A stretch of 64,000 bases of DNA, from NCBI GenBank assembly GCA_026025075.1, contig JAPEUI010000020.1, positions 62,001 through 126,000 on the forward strand. The letters are read 5' to 3'. The translations under genes and the position numbers were made by a program. Below the pieces are notes generated by a model, which searched no databases, was not told the DNA's origin, and saw only the letters and a program-made list of their open reading frames with translations. Of the stretch, positions 13,407 through 26,531 are shown one piece after another. Position 1 is the first letter of the stretch; every line of letters starts with the position of its first letter. Source of the stretch: Vezdaea acicularis. Taxonomy: Eukaryota.

Positions 13407-16242
13407 ATGCTCCTCGAGCTCCCCGCATCCCTCCACTACCCCATCACCATTATAGAACTATTGAAGCAGCCGAATGATGATGTGGCCAAGCGGGAGGAGC
13501 TTTTCAAATACTCTTTCAAGACCAAGGTACTGGAGGGCGATAGCTTTGGAGAAGAAAAAGAGGTTGAGAAGACCTTCTACGCGAAGTTCCCAAGCTCTGC
13601 GGAAGGGACCTTGACAAAATGGAAGATAAGGGAAGGAGCCGTAATATCGTCAAACCGGTAAGTGGCGAAGAATACCAGAGCAATACAGAGGGTACAGACA
13701 TCACCGCTAACAAGTTCAAGCACGATAATTGCGGAGATTGTCGAAGTATGTCCACACGATGTACAGTTTGGTGGGATGTGTGTGAATTGTGGCAAAGATA
13801 TGACTGAGTATGTTTGGGTTACTTTTGCGCAATATTCAGAACTGGTTGCTAACAAAGTTGTAGGGTAAGCTACAACACCGACCGACCAGACAATTCTCGG
13901 GCGCAAATCAACATGATTCATGACAACAATTCGCTCAGAATCAGTCAAGATGTATGTACTACCCCGAGATATTATGATTGGAGGTGCTGACACTCAAGCT
14001 AGGAAGCGACGCGAGTCGAGGAGGAAGCCAAGCGCCGTTTATTGAAATCTAAAAAGCTCTCATTAGTCGTCGATCTTGATCAAACAATAATACACGCCAC
14101 TGTTGATCCCACGGTTGCTGAGTGGCAGCAAGATCCAGAGAATCCAAACTATGAATCCGTCAAGGACGTCCGAAAGTTCCAGCTAATTGACGATGGGCCC
14201 GGAGGACGTGGATGTTGGTACTATATCAAGCTTCGACCAGGGCTGAAGTCGTTTCTGGAAAATATCTCCAAGTTGTACGAGCTCCACATATATACAATGG
14301 GCACAAGAGCCTACGCGCAACACATCTCCAAGATTGTTGACCCAGAACGGAAAATATTTGGCGACAGGATCCTCAGCCGTGACGAAAGCGGGAGCTTGAC
14401 TGCCAAGAATCTGCAGCGATTGTTTCCTGTTGATACGAAGATGGTGGTGATAATCGACGATCGAGGGGACGTATGGAAGTGGAGCGATAATCTTATCAAA
14501 GTCACACCATACGACTTCTTCGTTGGCATTGGCGATATTAATTCTAGCTTTCTCCCAAAGAAGCCAGATATGGCGGCACCCGATGTTAAGCCGGAAATCG
14601 AGGTAGTGACTGAAGTAGCCAATGGTGACTCAGCAGAAGCCGTGAAAGTAGAGACGAGCGATTCTCCGAAAAGCGAAGATAGTGCTGACTTTACATCACA
14701 AAGCTCCGTGAAGTCTTCAGAAACGGCGGACACGGACCAGTCTGCCCTCGAAGTACTGGTCTCGATGGGAGGAGGAGACGACCCGACTGTCCTCGACCAG
14801 CAGTCCTCAAAGCAAGAGGAAACAATAGCTGCACAGCAACAAGAACGACCTCTAGCACAAATGCAGAAACAAAAAGATGCCGAAGCCGATGCTGCTGAAG
14901 CCGCTGAAGCGGCAGAGGCCGACGGCGACGTCGCCGTTAATGGCACCCCTGATAGCGGAGCGTTGACGAAAACCGAGAGTAATGAACATAGCAAACAACG
15001 GCACCAGCTTCTAATTGATAATGACAATGAATTGTACTATCTCGAACGAAGTCTGACCAAAGTACACAGCAACTTCTTTGATGACTACGAACGTAAGCTC
15101 TCAAAAGCACAAGGAGGCCGTATAGCGGCTCTCCGCGGGTCGAAGGGTGTGAACAAGGTGTCGCTCAGAGACGGGGCTGACCTTGAAATGGTGCCCGACA
15201 TCAAGACAATCATGCCACAGATGAAATTGCGCGTGCTGGAGGGGGTAACTCTAGTTATGACTGGCGTCTTACCCACCAATCCATTTTTCGCCGAGACGTA
15301 AGTTCGTCCCTTCCTCTTTTCCCTGAGATCATCCTATCTGACTGGAACGTGCATGATAGCTCTGATATCTGGAAACTCGCCCAATCGTTTGGCGCTCGCG
15401 TTGAAAAAGAAATCCGTAAGCATACCACGCACGTAATTGCCGGTCGACCCCGCACGAACAAGGTACGCCAAGCTGCTCGTCGCCCGCACATCAAGATTGT
15501 CACCCGCGCCTGGCTCGACACGTCAATCATGCAGTGGCAGCGTGTAGAAGAAGAACCTTACCTCATCCCCATCCACCCCGACGACCGCAATCCCGCGCCC
15601 GGCGATGACGACGACGTCGCGACCGTGACCAGCAACGAAGAAATGCATGGGACCTTGTCTGAAGATGGGGAGATCTATGAGGATACTGACGATGAGCTCA
15701 AAGCCTTCATGCCGGATCCGCTGGAGCTGGACGAAGGGGGCGTCAGTCCGGTCGAGACTCTAGTGAATGTGGACTGGGGCGACGTGGACGCTGAGCTGGC
15801 CGAATTCATGGACGGCGAGCCTGCGGATAGCGATAACGAGAGTGTGAACAGTATGGGGAGTGAGAGCTTGAATAGTAGAGCGAGCGAGAGTGGTGGAGAG
15901 CTGACCTCACCACGGAAGAGGAAATATAACAGGAGTGGGACAAGTACGCCTACGGAGGAGGGGAATGAGAATGTTGAAGGGAGTGGAAGCAGTTTGTCGA
16001 AGAGGGTTAAGATTGCAAGAGCAAGGAGCACCAATCTCAATCTAGTAGAGAGAGCGAGTACGCCAAGTGTGGGAGGGACCGAGGGAAGTGCAGAGGTGAA
16101 CGGGGAAGGCGATGAAGAACTCCTGGGCGACGATGATGACGACGACTTCGACTTTGACAAAGAACTCGAGGCTGAGATGGAGAAGGAGGAACAAAGACAA
16201 AGAGAGAATTCAAGGGATTCAAGTAACAGTGGACTGTTATGA
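13407..16242 (+). CDS. FCP1: RNA polymerase II CTD phosphatase Fcp1 (4 introns)
   Basis: FCPH catalytic motif LVVDLDQTIIHA, YIKLRPG, a BRCT domain (TTHVIAGRPRTNKV...WL) and an acidic C-terminus. N-terminal exons include CPHDVQFGGMCVNCG. Confidence 0.94.
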
Positions 16243-17306
16243 TTCGCCTCAGAATGAGGCCACTTCTTTGCACATAACTACTACTCTGAGTTTTTTGATC
16301 GATACTCTGCTCTTTAGCGCTTGGCGGGCATCTTCTCCTCCTGTTTCTGGCGGCATCTCGCTTGGCGGGAATGTATATCTAGGCTTGGTGGGGCGTTGGG
16401 GCCGCATATGAGGAGTCCCCCTCGTCATAGCGATCATAGCGATCTTGATGGGTTGCGTGTATGGGGAATTCTGGGCATAGACATAGCGGGTTCAAGGGAT
16501 AGTCAAACGCAGCTATACGAAACCTTCAGTCATCTCAAGGGGGATAACTAAGTCTAGCATAGCTACGGCTATGTACCTGCATCCATTAAGAAATACTATT
16601 AGCGCTTAAGCAAAGGACTTAAGTCGTTATGTACCACATATGTTAGATTGATCTGGCCCCACTATCGGAAGAAAGTCTTTGTCCTAAATCCCCATCCAGT
16701 GGAAAACATAGCTAATGAGCCAATCAACCTCTCCAGCCGCCAATTTGCCATGTGTCCCTAAACAGATGGCATACAGTCCCCACTTGACATCGCTCGTGAA
16801 CACTGTCTCCGTTCCCTACATGGTTTCCTAAAGGCATCGGATAGTTTATGAGGAAGCGATGCAGCTTGATCTCCAGCAAAGACAATATTTTGACTATCAC
16901 CATCTGTAGCCTTGGGATAAAAGAGGATCTGAATATCATCAGGCACACTCAGCGGGCAAAGGGTGGAAGCCTATTGACCGTTCTTGCATAGTCATCTGAA
17001 AATGTCCCTCTTGGCCGTGGTAGTCGTGATGGAACGATAATACGACCCGCAATTGGTGAGCCTTAATTCGCCTGGTAGGCCTTGATTCGCCTAGTGGCCC
17101 ACTACGCCCCACCCCGCCTTGCATGGGCACATGCTGGGGCCTGCAAGCGGCACCCCTGTCACTTCCGCCTTTAAGCTTGATCAGGAACCGATGGTCCTCT
17201 TTAGATGCTTTCCGCCGCCTCGTTTTGTTGAACTTGCAACTTTTCCTTCGCACCGCAATTCTTTTGAAGCTGTATCATAGCCTACGCTTTGTGTAAAGTG
17301 AACAAG

Positions 17307-18183
17307 ATGCCGAAGCCCAAGAAATCTTCGAAGCGTACGCCTGCGGGGGAGTTGGCTCGTAAGGCCGCTAAGAAACCGGTGACTCGTAAAGCCGCTACTA
17401 CGAAGACAGTACCAACAGGCAACTCCCGACGAAAGACGAAGGGGGCAGAGGTAATCGATACAGTTGCGGTAGAAGGTCCATCCTCACCATCATCGACCTC
17501 AACCTCTAAAAACGTCTGGGAGTCGGAGGCGGATATGTATGACACCATTGTAGCAGGAGATTCACCTTTGCCATCATCAACACCGATTTCAGGCACAACC
17601 TCAGTATCGGACTTTTCTGCATCTCCATTGACTCTTTCATCGTTCGGTAACACTCCAGTTACGGCAGATTCGTCGATTTTTGCTCCTTCGGCATTCATCC
17701 TACCCGCTACCACTCCTAGCCTAGCATCTTCTGATAACCGCAGGCGGTCATACTTAAGTGAGCTTTTCTCCTACTCTCAGAGACTAAATGCTTTTCAAAA
17801 GTGATGTCGTGTATAGAGGACTAATGAAATGCAAGGCCCATCAATTGCAAAATCCGAGTACACGGTCATAGATATTGGATCACGGGACGGCACACCTCGT
17901 TTAGTAAGATTCCATTTACCTCTTCGCTGGCCTCCGGTCAAACCGATACTGACAAAATCACAGATTACATCTGTCAGATCATCTCAAGGCTTCATGTGGA
18001 ACCCAGGTATGCTCATCACACCCATTCCAAGCATTAAAGCTAATTAACGGGTTCTTCTCAGAGTTGTTTTTCGGTGATTACCTTGACCTGGGCTATGACA
18101 TCCCGGATATCGAACACATGCGGGAGCCAACCATAGATATTCATGTCTCGGATGAAGAAGCAAGAAACATGTTCCCTCAATAG
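17307..18183 (+). CDS. Hypothetical protein: basic N-terminus, S/T/P-rich middle, C-terminal GFMWNPELF segment (2 introns)
   Basis: Introns 17758-17835 and about 18007-18062 join three ORF pieces in frame, ending DEEARNMFPQ*. No family recognised. Confidence 0.6.
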
Positions 18184-19018
18184 TCGCAAAACCCATTATC
18201 TAACACTCCTTTGTTTTCAGCATTGCACTAGCGCAAGATTTCGGCATTTACGGGTGGGTTTCAGGGCGACAAGAGGACACCATAAATCGGCTTCACGGAT
18301 ACCAAACTGATATTGCACATCTTGGTCTAGATATCTGCAGAATGGAATGGGATCTCAGATTTAGAGTCTGGATAGGAGTCTTGGCTGCATTGGGGCATGC
18401 TTTCTGATGGGCGACTGGAGGCATGGACATTTTTGGCAAAGGATGCGATCAAGGACCTTAAACTTTCACAAGGCGCTTCCCGGCGTAGACACCTACCAAC
18501 GTGGATTGCCAGTTTTCTCTTTCCAAGGCCTTTACAAGGTTCACCTCCCAGCGATCCCTTGTAGATAACTCAACAATTCAACATCGGCAAGAAATTAAAC
18601 TAAATAGCATCGTGCATGTGTATGTCATGACTTGAGAATAACAAAGGACCCCGCTGTTTCGCCAAAACGGTATTCCCCACGCTCCCTACAGTATCGGGCG
18701 GTAGATTCGACCGATGGCGCAAAAGTGATTAGGAGAGATTTCAACACCATTGGCATATACTCCTCAAGATCATCGGTAATTTCATAATCACTCTTTTGGT
18801 ATGAGCTTGGGAGGATGCGTTATTGCTATCTTTAGAGTTTCATGCTCGAGGGCACCGGACTCCTTTCGGCTTCAAGCTCATGGCCTCGCTAACGTCCTAG
18901 CGTCAGAATTAGCCGAGCCTTCATCAAGATTCCTTAACAAGCGCTCTCCAAAATTCTTGCCCTCTGTAAACGTCACTCTTTAGACTTTTTTTGTTCCTTT
19001 CTTTCTTTGTATCCGCAT

Positions 19019-20038
19019 ATGAAACGGTCTTCTCCCCATGCAATGACAACAACTCTCCTCATCGGCCTCCGCGCCGTGCGCTCTAATCCGCCTCTATTCC
19101 GCTCCTTTCAATCGTCGCCACATCAATTGGACCTTCTCCCCTTCTTGGCTCCAAAGCTCTTCTCCACCCCACTCACCCGCAAATACTCCGGGGCATTCAC
19201 CCGCAAATACTCCACCCCCTCCGCCGTGCGCATTATCCACAACACGCGCGTCAACGCACCCGCCAGCACCCTCCCTGCCCCCCTCGTCGTGCCAGACAGC
19301 GACCCATCCAAGAACCTCCTCAGCAACGCCTTCGCCAAGGGCAAAGCCTATCTCGCCTTCTACAAGACCGGGCTCAAGAACGTCTGGTTCAACTACCGCG
19401 CCGCCGAGGGCCTCCCGGAGGAAGCCTCGGCGCTGTCAAGGGGGGAGTTCCAGCTTAAGGTTCGGAGCCGTCACGATCTTTTCAAGCTCATTCCGTTTGG
19501 CATGATCCTCTTTGTTTGTGGGGAATTCACGCCGTTCGTAGTTGTCTTTGTGCCGAATCTCGTGCCGTGGACATGTCGTATTCCAAGGCAGGTGGATGGG
19601 AGTCGCCGCGCGATCGAGGCTCGGAGGAGCGTCAGTTTCAGGAATCTGACGGAGGAGCTACCACGGGAGGGCGTAGGGCTCGATGAGCTAAGTCGGCGGC
19701 AGATGTTGCATATCAGTGCGAGTCTGGGCTTGCACGGCAGACTGTGGCCCGAGGAAGCGGGCTTGCCGCCGGATGGGCTGCTGTGGAAGCGAATCGGGAA
19801 GAGACTGCAGTATTTGAAGGTCGACGATATGTTGATCCAGCGGGATGGGGGCGTGGAGGACATGGAGATGGAGGAGGTGAAGATGGCACTTGTGGAGAGG
19901 GGAGTGGATGTTTTGGGGAGGCCGGATACGGAGTTGAGGAGGTTGTTGGAGAGTTGGTTAAAGTTTGCGGATGAGGAGGGGAGAGTAACGTTGTGTTTGA
20001 AGCGGCCGAATGTTTGGGGGAAAGGGGCTGGGGTTTGA
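19019..20038 (+). CDS. LETM1-like mitochondrial inner-membrane protein
   Basis: Presequence-like N-terminus, GKAYLAFYKTGLK, DLFKLIPFGMILFVCGEFTP membrane segment and YLKVDDMLI...ALVERG. The start could be ATG 19019 or 19043. Confidence 0.75.
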   Translation: MKRSSPHAMTTTLLIGLRAVRSNPPLFRSFQSSPHQLDLLPFLAPKLFSTPLTRKYSGAFTRKYSTPSAVRIIHNTRVNAPASTLPAPLVVPDSDPSKNLLSNAFAKGKAYLAFYKTGLKNVWFNYRAAEGLPEEASALSRGEFQLKVRSRHDLFKLIPFGMILFVCGEFTPFVVVFVPNLVPWTCRIPRQVDGSRRAIEARRSVSFRNLTEELPREGVGLDELSRRQMLHISASLGLHGRLWPEEAGLPPDGLLWKRIGKRLQYLKVDDMLIQRDGGVEDMEMEEVKMALVERGVDVLGRPDTELRRLLESWLKFADEEGRVTLCLKRPNVWGKGAGV

Positions 20039-20469
20039 GGGCTTGACACATCAAGAGCAAAGACGGAGGCATGCATAAAGCATTTGGCAAATTAGTGTGG
20101 GATCTTTGTATTATCTAAGTGTAAGGTATGGGGGACAGCATAGCATTGCCGCTGGCGTTCTCTTTAGAAACTCTCAACCCTCGACCCGTACCCGCGCTCG
20201 ACGCTTGTACCGGAAATGTAGAGATCATTAAACGACCGACGTTCTGTGTATGCACATCAGGTAAACCAAACCATGCTACTGGTGTTTCCGGGGAATCTGG
20301 CAAAGCTCCAAGTAATGCGACGCTGAATAGCTACAATTGCCACCTTTGCCACCAACGCCGAATAGTACCTCCCACAATTGAATAGAAGGCCTTTGTAAAC
20401 ATCATTCACTTGCTCTTCAGGACGTCGCTCTACTGCCTCGTGAAGACGTAATCATAGCAGCGACGAAGT

Positions 20470-23382
20470 TCATCCAGTTTGGCGCCACTTGGCAAGCTGT
20501 TCCATAATATTGGCTACTTGGCCAGAGGGCTGCTGTTGCTGAACCGGATTCTGGTGCTGAGGAGGAGCATGGCCAGTGTTAGCAAGCAGAGAAGCCAGAG
20601 CTGGATTTCCCCCTAGTTGACCGTAAGCATGTGGCTGCGCATGAGGCTGTTGCTGTTGCTGCTGTTGATAATGATTCAGCTGCTGGGTCAATTGTTGTTG
20701 CTGAGGATGTGAGCCCGCAAGGAGTCTGTTTAGGTCTGGCTGTGCGCCTTGGCCCTGTTGGTATGGCTGGGCTTGAGTTTGCGACGCTGGTGGCTGCAAG
20801 GCGCCCAAGAGTTTTTGGAGACCTTGTCCATCAAGAGAAGCAATAAGACTACTCAAGTCTGGATTAGCCCCGACGTGAGTACCAATTTGAGGCGCAGCTT
20901 GTGGTGGGCCCTGTGGTGGACCTTGAGGTGAGAATGGTTGTGCGTACTGCGGTCCGTAGTTCACTTGGGGAGGTGGGCCATATGACGGCGGTGCAGCATG
21001 GGTCTGCTTGGCGCGAAACACGATTTCGGCAGCTATATTCACGTCAAGGTTCTCATAATCTGCAAAGAATGATTAGTACATATAAATCCTTCAGCTCTTC
21101 ACCAACGGCTTACCGTCGTATCGGACGTTATTCACACCACCACGACGGTCAAACACCCTCAAGGGAACTTTGCCAGTGAGTTCTGCCTGACGATCAAGAC
21201 GCACCACCGCCTGGACACCTTCGACCACTTGACGTTCAATGACCGCAGCTATTGGTAAGCGTGGGTTAAGGTATAGCGGATCCGTCGAAATGGCCCTATC
21301 TTTGAATCCTTTCGCAACATACGCAACAAAATTTCTGATCGTGGGTTAGCAAGAACCGTCCATGAAAACACGAAGGAGACCTACGGGTTGACTTCATCAA
21401 CAATGATGAATTGCACTTCTGGAACATCTCTTGGGTGACGACGTGGGAGAGGAAGATCAGCATCAGCATCGAGGCCTCTGCCAGGTGGGGTTCGGCTTCG
21501 GTCTCTGTACCTACTTCCCCTGCCATATGGCGATCGAGAGCGGCTTCTTCTCTGTAGATCGTATCGATCGCGGCCGCGGTCCATGTCACGACCACCACGG
21601 TAGGAGTCTCGCATACCGAAGCCGCGGGGAGAAGGCGACCTCTGAGGGCGATAATTGTCTTGCATACGAACGCCAGATCTGTTGTCAACAAGTCTATCGT
21701 CCCTGCCACTGTTTCTACCTCTTCCACCTCTCCCTCGTGCGTCTGGTGATCTGGATCGTTTGCGACCTCCGTCGCCTGCACCTCGACCAGCCTTCTGCGG
21801 CTTAGAGATTTCAAGATCTAGCAAGCCAAGAATTATTCATAATTTCCATATGCTGAAGAAAAGGGATACTCACGCATTTTTCTGCCTCGGACTTCTTGGC
21901 CCTGTTCTAGCTCTAGTGCACGTCTACAAGCCGAATCTTCGAAAAATTGCACAAAACCATAAGCTTGTTTGATAGATATCTGAGCCAGCTTTCCATAGCT
22001 ATGGTAAATATCGAAGAGGTCTCGTTTAGTCACCTTCTCGGAGGGCAAGTTTCCTAATATGGCGTTAGCACAACAGGCCTCACTACAAGGACATTCCAAG
22101 TCCAATTATACGTGCCGATAAATAACCGAGAATTAGGTGGAAACTTGTCCCATTGGGCCTCCGCAACATATGCTCGTTCATCTTCTAGAAATTGGTCGTA
22201 CAGTTTTTGAATCTCTGGGCCCCAAGGCTTTGAATCTTCGTCTATCTGGGGGGAGTTAGCTACATTTGAGTTTGGTCTTTCAAATGTTTCTTGTTTGTGA
22301 ACATTTAGCATAGGTGGGCTTTGGATGGCTTGTCCTGTGGGGGTTTGTTGTTGTGCGGGTTGCTGAAAAGTGGCCAGAGGTGGGGGAGGAAGACCTGAGG
22401 CAGCTGATGCAGTGCCAGGCGCACCAGCAGCAACGATAGGGGCGGCAAAGCTTTGAGATGGGCGATACGATTGCTGTGGAAAGTTGGTACCATTACTAGC
22501 AGGGTTTGGAGTATGAAGGTGATATGAACGAATATCATCCTGTCTGGGATACCCTGTCTGGGCGCCTTGCTTTTCTTGTGGGGGTGGGCGTGGAGGAAGA
22601 TTGGCTGGGAGTGGCAGCGCTGATGTCGGTGACTTCAGAGACTCGGACGTGGGCTCATTGACACTGACTTCTTCAGAAGAAGTGGTGGCGGCAACTAACC
22701 CATCTGCTGGGGGAGCAGTAGCAGTGGGATGGGACAGGTTATCGAGCAGAGCCTGGAAATTGACCCCGTTGGATTCGACATGTACACCGTTCGCCGCTGT
22801 AGTCTCCACTATAGTTCCACTGGCATCGGCAGCTTCGTTCAATGCAGAATTTGTTGCTGTTGCAATCTCTAAATTCTGAATAGATGTAGGGGTCGTGGGC
22901 TTCTCGAGATCGATAGTGTCTAGCACGAGGCCGTTACTAGCTGGAGGGAGCGATGAGGCTGGAGGAGTAACACTCGTTTTCATGGAGGTCTGCACGGATT
23001 GAGATGCTGGATTTGGTTTGTCTGGTACATCCCCTTCCGACTCATCTAGTGACATGTCCAACTCGTCGTTGATCCCTTGGCTAATCAAGTCGCTAGCCTG
23101 CCCCGTGATTTCTCCGCTTTGTAACGTGTCCGATTGCTCAATGGTAGCTAAAGTAGGCAATGTGTCTGGCTCTGATGAGGATTCCATCTTTGAGTTGTTC
23201 TCGGATATTGACGTATCTTCGTGGGCTTTGATATGATGGGAAGTGGAGTTGAAGACCGGGTCGATCTGGTTTTGGAGGACTGGAATATTGGATGGTTCAG
23301 CGATATGGACTGGGCGAGGTGACACCGGCGTCAGTGTCTTGCCACGGAATTCAGGCACATAGGGCGACGAGCTTGAAGTCAT
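20470..23382 (-). CDS. Nab3-like RRM RNA-binding protein with RS/RG-rich region and Q/P-rich tail (4 introns)
   Basis: Spliced RRM reads SRLFIGNLPSEKVTKRDLFDIYHSYGKLAQISIKQAYGFVQF, followed by RSRSP repeats and a poly-Q C-terminus. The first intron is GC-AG. Confidence 0.78.
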
Positions 23383-23828
23383 TTATTGAGTCGCTGATCT
23401 CTAAATGTCAACCCGAGTGAAAATTGGGAGACACGAAGAGGCAGAGCAGATAAAGCTCAAATCATCTACAAGCCGGATTGATAGCCTTGAAGGGAAGGCA
23501 GGGCAGTGGGAGATAGTAGAAGAGGGGGACCGGATAAAAGAAAAAATTCGTATGGAGCGAGAGCCTCGGGTGAAGAGCGCGGAGTGCGATCTTGAGACGA
23601 TCTTGGATTGGCTCTAAAAAATCAGCCTCATGTGTTGAGTTATCGCTCACCGTCAAAGGATAGAGGAGGGCAGTAGAGAAGAAGTTGAGAGGTGTGTTGA
23701 GGATGGGAGATAGATGTAGCATGGTGATGTTGATGAAGTTGTAATGGAGAATTTTAGCGTTCGGTCACGTGCACTCGAATCGTGCACGAAATAGCTAACT
23801 CACAGAAACGGCCCCCAGTGCGGAGGTA

Positions 23829-24542
23829 ATGGAAACATTGCAAACTACACTCGCACTACGCAGGACAATATTCCAGCAGATTCTGAGGACATATTCAAGT
23901 CAAAGCAAGATTCAAATACCGGGGAAAATCGCTGGTGCAGCAGCTAGGGAAGAAGATGTAGCTGCTGCAAGATCGTGGGTAGCACAGTTCGAGCCAAATT
24001 CTATTCCACGGAGCATTTGCAGTGTTTCGTTTAGTAGGTCATCTGGCCCAGGAGGCCAAAACGTGAATAAGTAAGATCTAATCCCAGGCATTCTAAAATC
24101 TTATATATCTATCACCCCTGGTACTAATGATCAGATGATGATATTAGAGTCAATTCCAAAGCTACATTACGAGTAGCTCTGGATTCCTTACTTCCTTTAA
24201 TACCTACATTGATACATGACAATGTACGAGCATCCTCTGAATATGCTGCAAAATCCAACTCTCTTGTTATACAAACAGGCGACAGTAGGAAGCAGGCAGA
24301 CAATGTTGAGGGATGCTTTCGGAAACTATACGGATTGATTATGAATGCAGCAGACTGCGTGATTCCAGGAGAGACTTCCATAGAGCAGCAGAAAAAGATA
24401 AAGCGCTCGTGCGTTCTACGTCTCTCCTATGACAAATTAGATAGTTGCTAACACCTTCAACAGACAAAAGGCTGGAAAAGAGGCTCGTCTCACGGGCAAG
24501 AAACTGCACAGCGACAAGAAAGCATCAAGAAAGGAGTTTTGA
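23829..24542 (+). CDS. Mitochondrial codon-independent peptidyl-tRNA hydrolase (ICT1/Pth4/ArfB-like; 2 introns)
   Basis: FSRSSGPGGQNVNK|VNSKATL GGQ motif across an intron, DSRKQADNVEGCF, and a basic tail ARLTGKKLHSDKKASRKEF*. Confidence 0.85.
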
Positions 24543-25064
24543 AGAGATAATCTGAGGTTTTGAGCTACTCGCGCTATTGGAGATAGAAAAGCCGCTATTT
24601 CCAGAACGCGAGCTATGTGCTTTCAGGTCACTGGCAGAAACCCTTCCTCTCCTCGAAAAGGAGCTGCTAGTTGCTGCCAGCTTCGCATTATCTCCTGAAT
24701 TTTTCCTACGGAGACAGTTGTCTCTTTTGGAGAAAACAAGACGTTAAAGGCGCTTCAGCTAGGAGGACTAGACACTCCCACGCATGTTTTCTGAGCGGGT
24801 TCAATCTCGAGTGAATTATCTAGCAATAGTTCTCGCCCGTCCAATATTTGTCGAACGCTATCACAGTTCAGTGAGGATGGCGTTCTACTTTCTGGAGTCT
24901 GTCTTTGCGCAGGCCACAAGTATTGTGTCAAACCAAACCGATCCATAACATTCTCCATACCTCACAGGAAACTAATTTGTGGTTATCTGCCGTATTGCAT
25001 AGGTTGCAATTAACGCCCCTTACACTCAGGACCTGCCAATAAAGTCAGACCAAACCATTCCGTA

Positions 25065-26239
25065 TCATAGAGAGTGTAGAGATAGCCATCCAGATATCTT
25101 CTCTTTAAGTTCCGCAGAATTACGCGTTTTGGACATTGCTTCTTTTACTCTTTGCAAACAAATCGAAACGCCCTTGTAGTAATCAGAGGACTCTGGCGGG
25201 ATGCCAACAAGCGGTTCTTTGACGTAGCACACCAGGGTCAACGGTGAGAGCGGCGAGCTTGCCTCCATCCTCTCTATTATATGCCGAATTATTTTATTGA
25301 CATAGGGAACCTCATCGAAAGTTGCGCACAACTCAAAAAACATTTCGGCGAGATCATCGCTCTCTTTGAATTGGACCATGGCTGCATCGAAAATAGCGAT
25401 GGGGATGGCACCTGACATGGCTGGATTCGAGTTCAGATCTTCCGCAGCAAGTAGCTGATCTAGGCCATCAGAAGGACCATCGGGGCTGAAATCGGCAGCG
25501 TAAAGTTTGGGAAGCAATATTAAGTCTTCATTCGACTCATGAGGATTGGGAAGCTCGGTTCCATAAATTTGGGTATCATTCAGACCAAGAATTCGCCTTC
25601 TTGCGGCGGCTTTCGCCATGAACATCATTTCCAGCTTCGCATACTCTAGCCACATTTCTTTTGACTGCTTGCAGAACCTCAAACCCCTTTGGAAGTATCC
25701 CCTAGCGGCCGTCATGTCTCCTTGACCATCTAGCGCGTACTTTGCTGCATATATCCACAGCTCAGGCTTGGCCGGGTGCATTCGCAGGACATTTGTGAAT
25801 ATTTCGGATAATTTGTTGTTAGCATTTTGCTTGCGTGCATATTCAATGTATTGTATCCATAAGCTAAGGTCACCCTGAAACTTTCTTACGCCTCTTTCTA
25901 GTATGAAAAATACCTTTCGCTCGCCAGAGTGTGCGCTAGCCTTGATTCCGAGTCGCAAGCTTCGTTTCCGCCGTAAAGCATCCAGGTTTATTTCGTATTC
26001 TGCATATCTTGCATAGTCGTGGGGGCTTGAGCCCCGAGCATTGAGCTTGTGCTCGAAGTCAGAGCGTTTCCTTGCTATAGAAGTGATCTCTTCCTAAGTT
26101 CACGTTTCAGTTTCCACAAATCTACAAACTCTAAGTTTGAGTAAAGTACCTTCGTAAAGATCTTTTTCCGCTTGAGCTCTTGCAACTCAGGTACGGATCT
26201 CTCAAGATAGAATCTAGCTTTATCACTAGCATCTGCCAT
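25065..26239 (-). CDS. UTP6: U3 snoRNA-associated protein Utp6 (HAT repeats)
   Basis: MADASDKARFYLERSVPEL...|EEITSIARKRSDFEHKL and HAT repeats (LWIQYIEY, ELWIYAAKY, MWLEYAKLE). The 3' end is uncertain. Confidence 0.85.
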
Positions 26240-26531
26240 CGCCGTTCGCCGTTCGGAATCACAAGAAATCCGCGCCAAGAAATTATTTTAAAGTTTAGCC
26301 CAGCGATCTTAAGGGAGATGGGCTCGCTTAATTCGGCGCGGGAAGAACGCGCTCCGACTTGCCAGCAGCAAAAATCGCCAACTTAACGAGGTTCAGGGGC
26401 CGAAACTCCCTTGCGCCGCAGTCAAACGATTCAATTTTGTTTACATGCTTGTTCTCCTTCCCCTCTCAGGCGTCTTACAAATTGTTCGTATGGATCCTTG
26501 AGAAGTCTTTCCCAGGTGCCTCTCGGTAAAC

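Noticed and set aside
14311..16160. Long antisense ORFs (238 and 161 aa) inside FCP1; similar ones inside the RSC, LETM1-like, PEP4 and kinesin genes
   Set aside because: Ser-rich shadows of acidic, codon-biased sense frames.
23768..23788. Inverted repeat CGTGCAC-N7-GTGCACG in a divergent promoter
   Set aside because: It is a 7-bp stem built from the palindromic hexamer GTGCAC, too short to separate from chance or ordinary factor sites.
25016..25123. Possible terminal intron in UTP6 (GTAATT...CTGAC...CAG) giving an alternative C-terminus
   Set aside because: The donor is weak and the unspliced frame already ends plausibly. It cannot be decided without transcripts.
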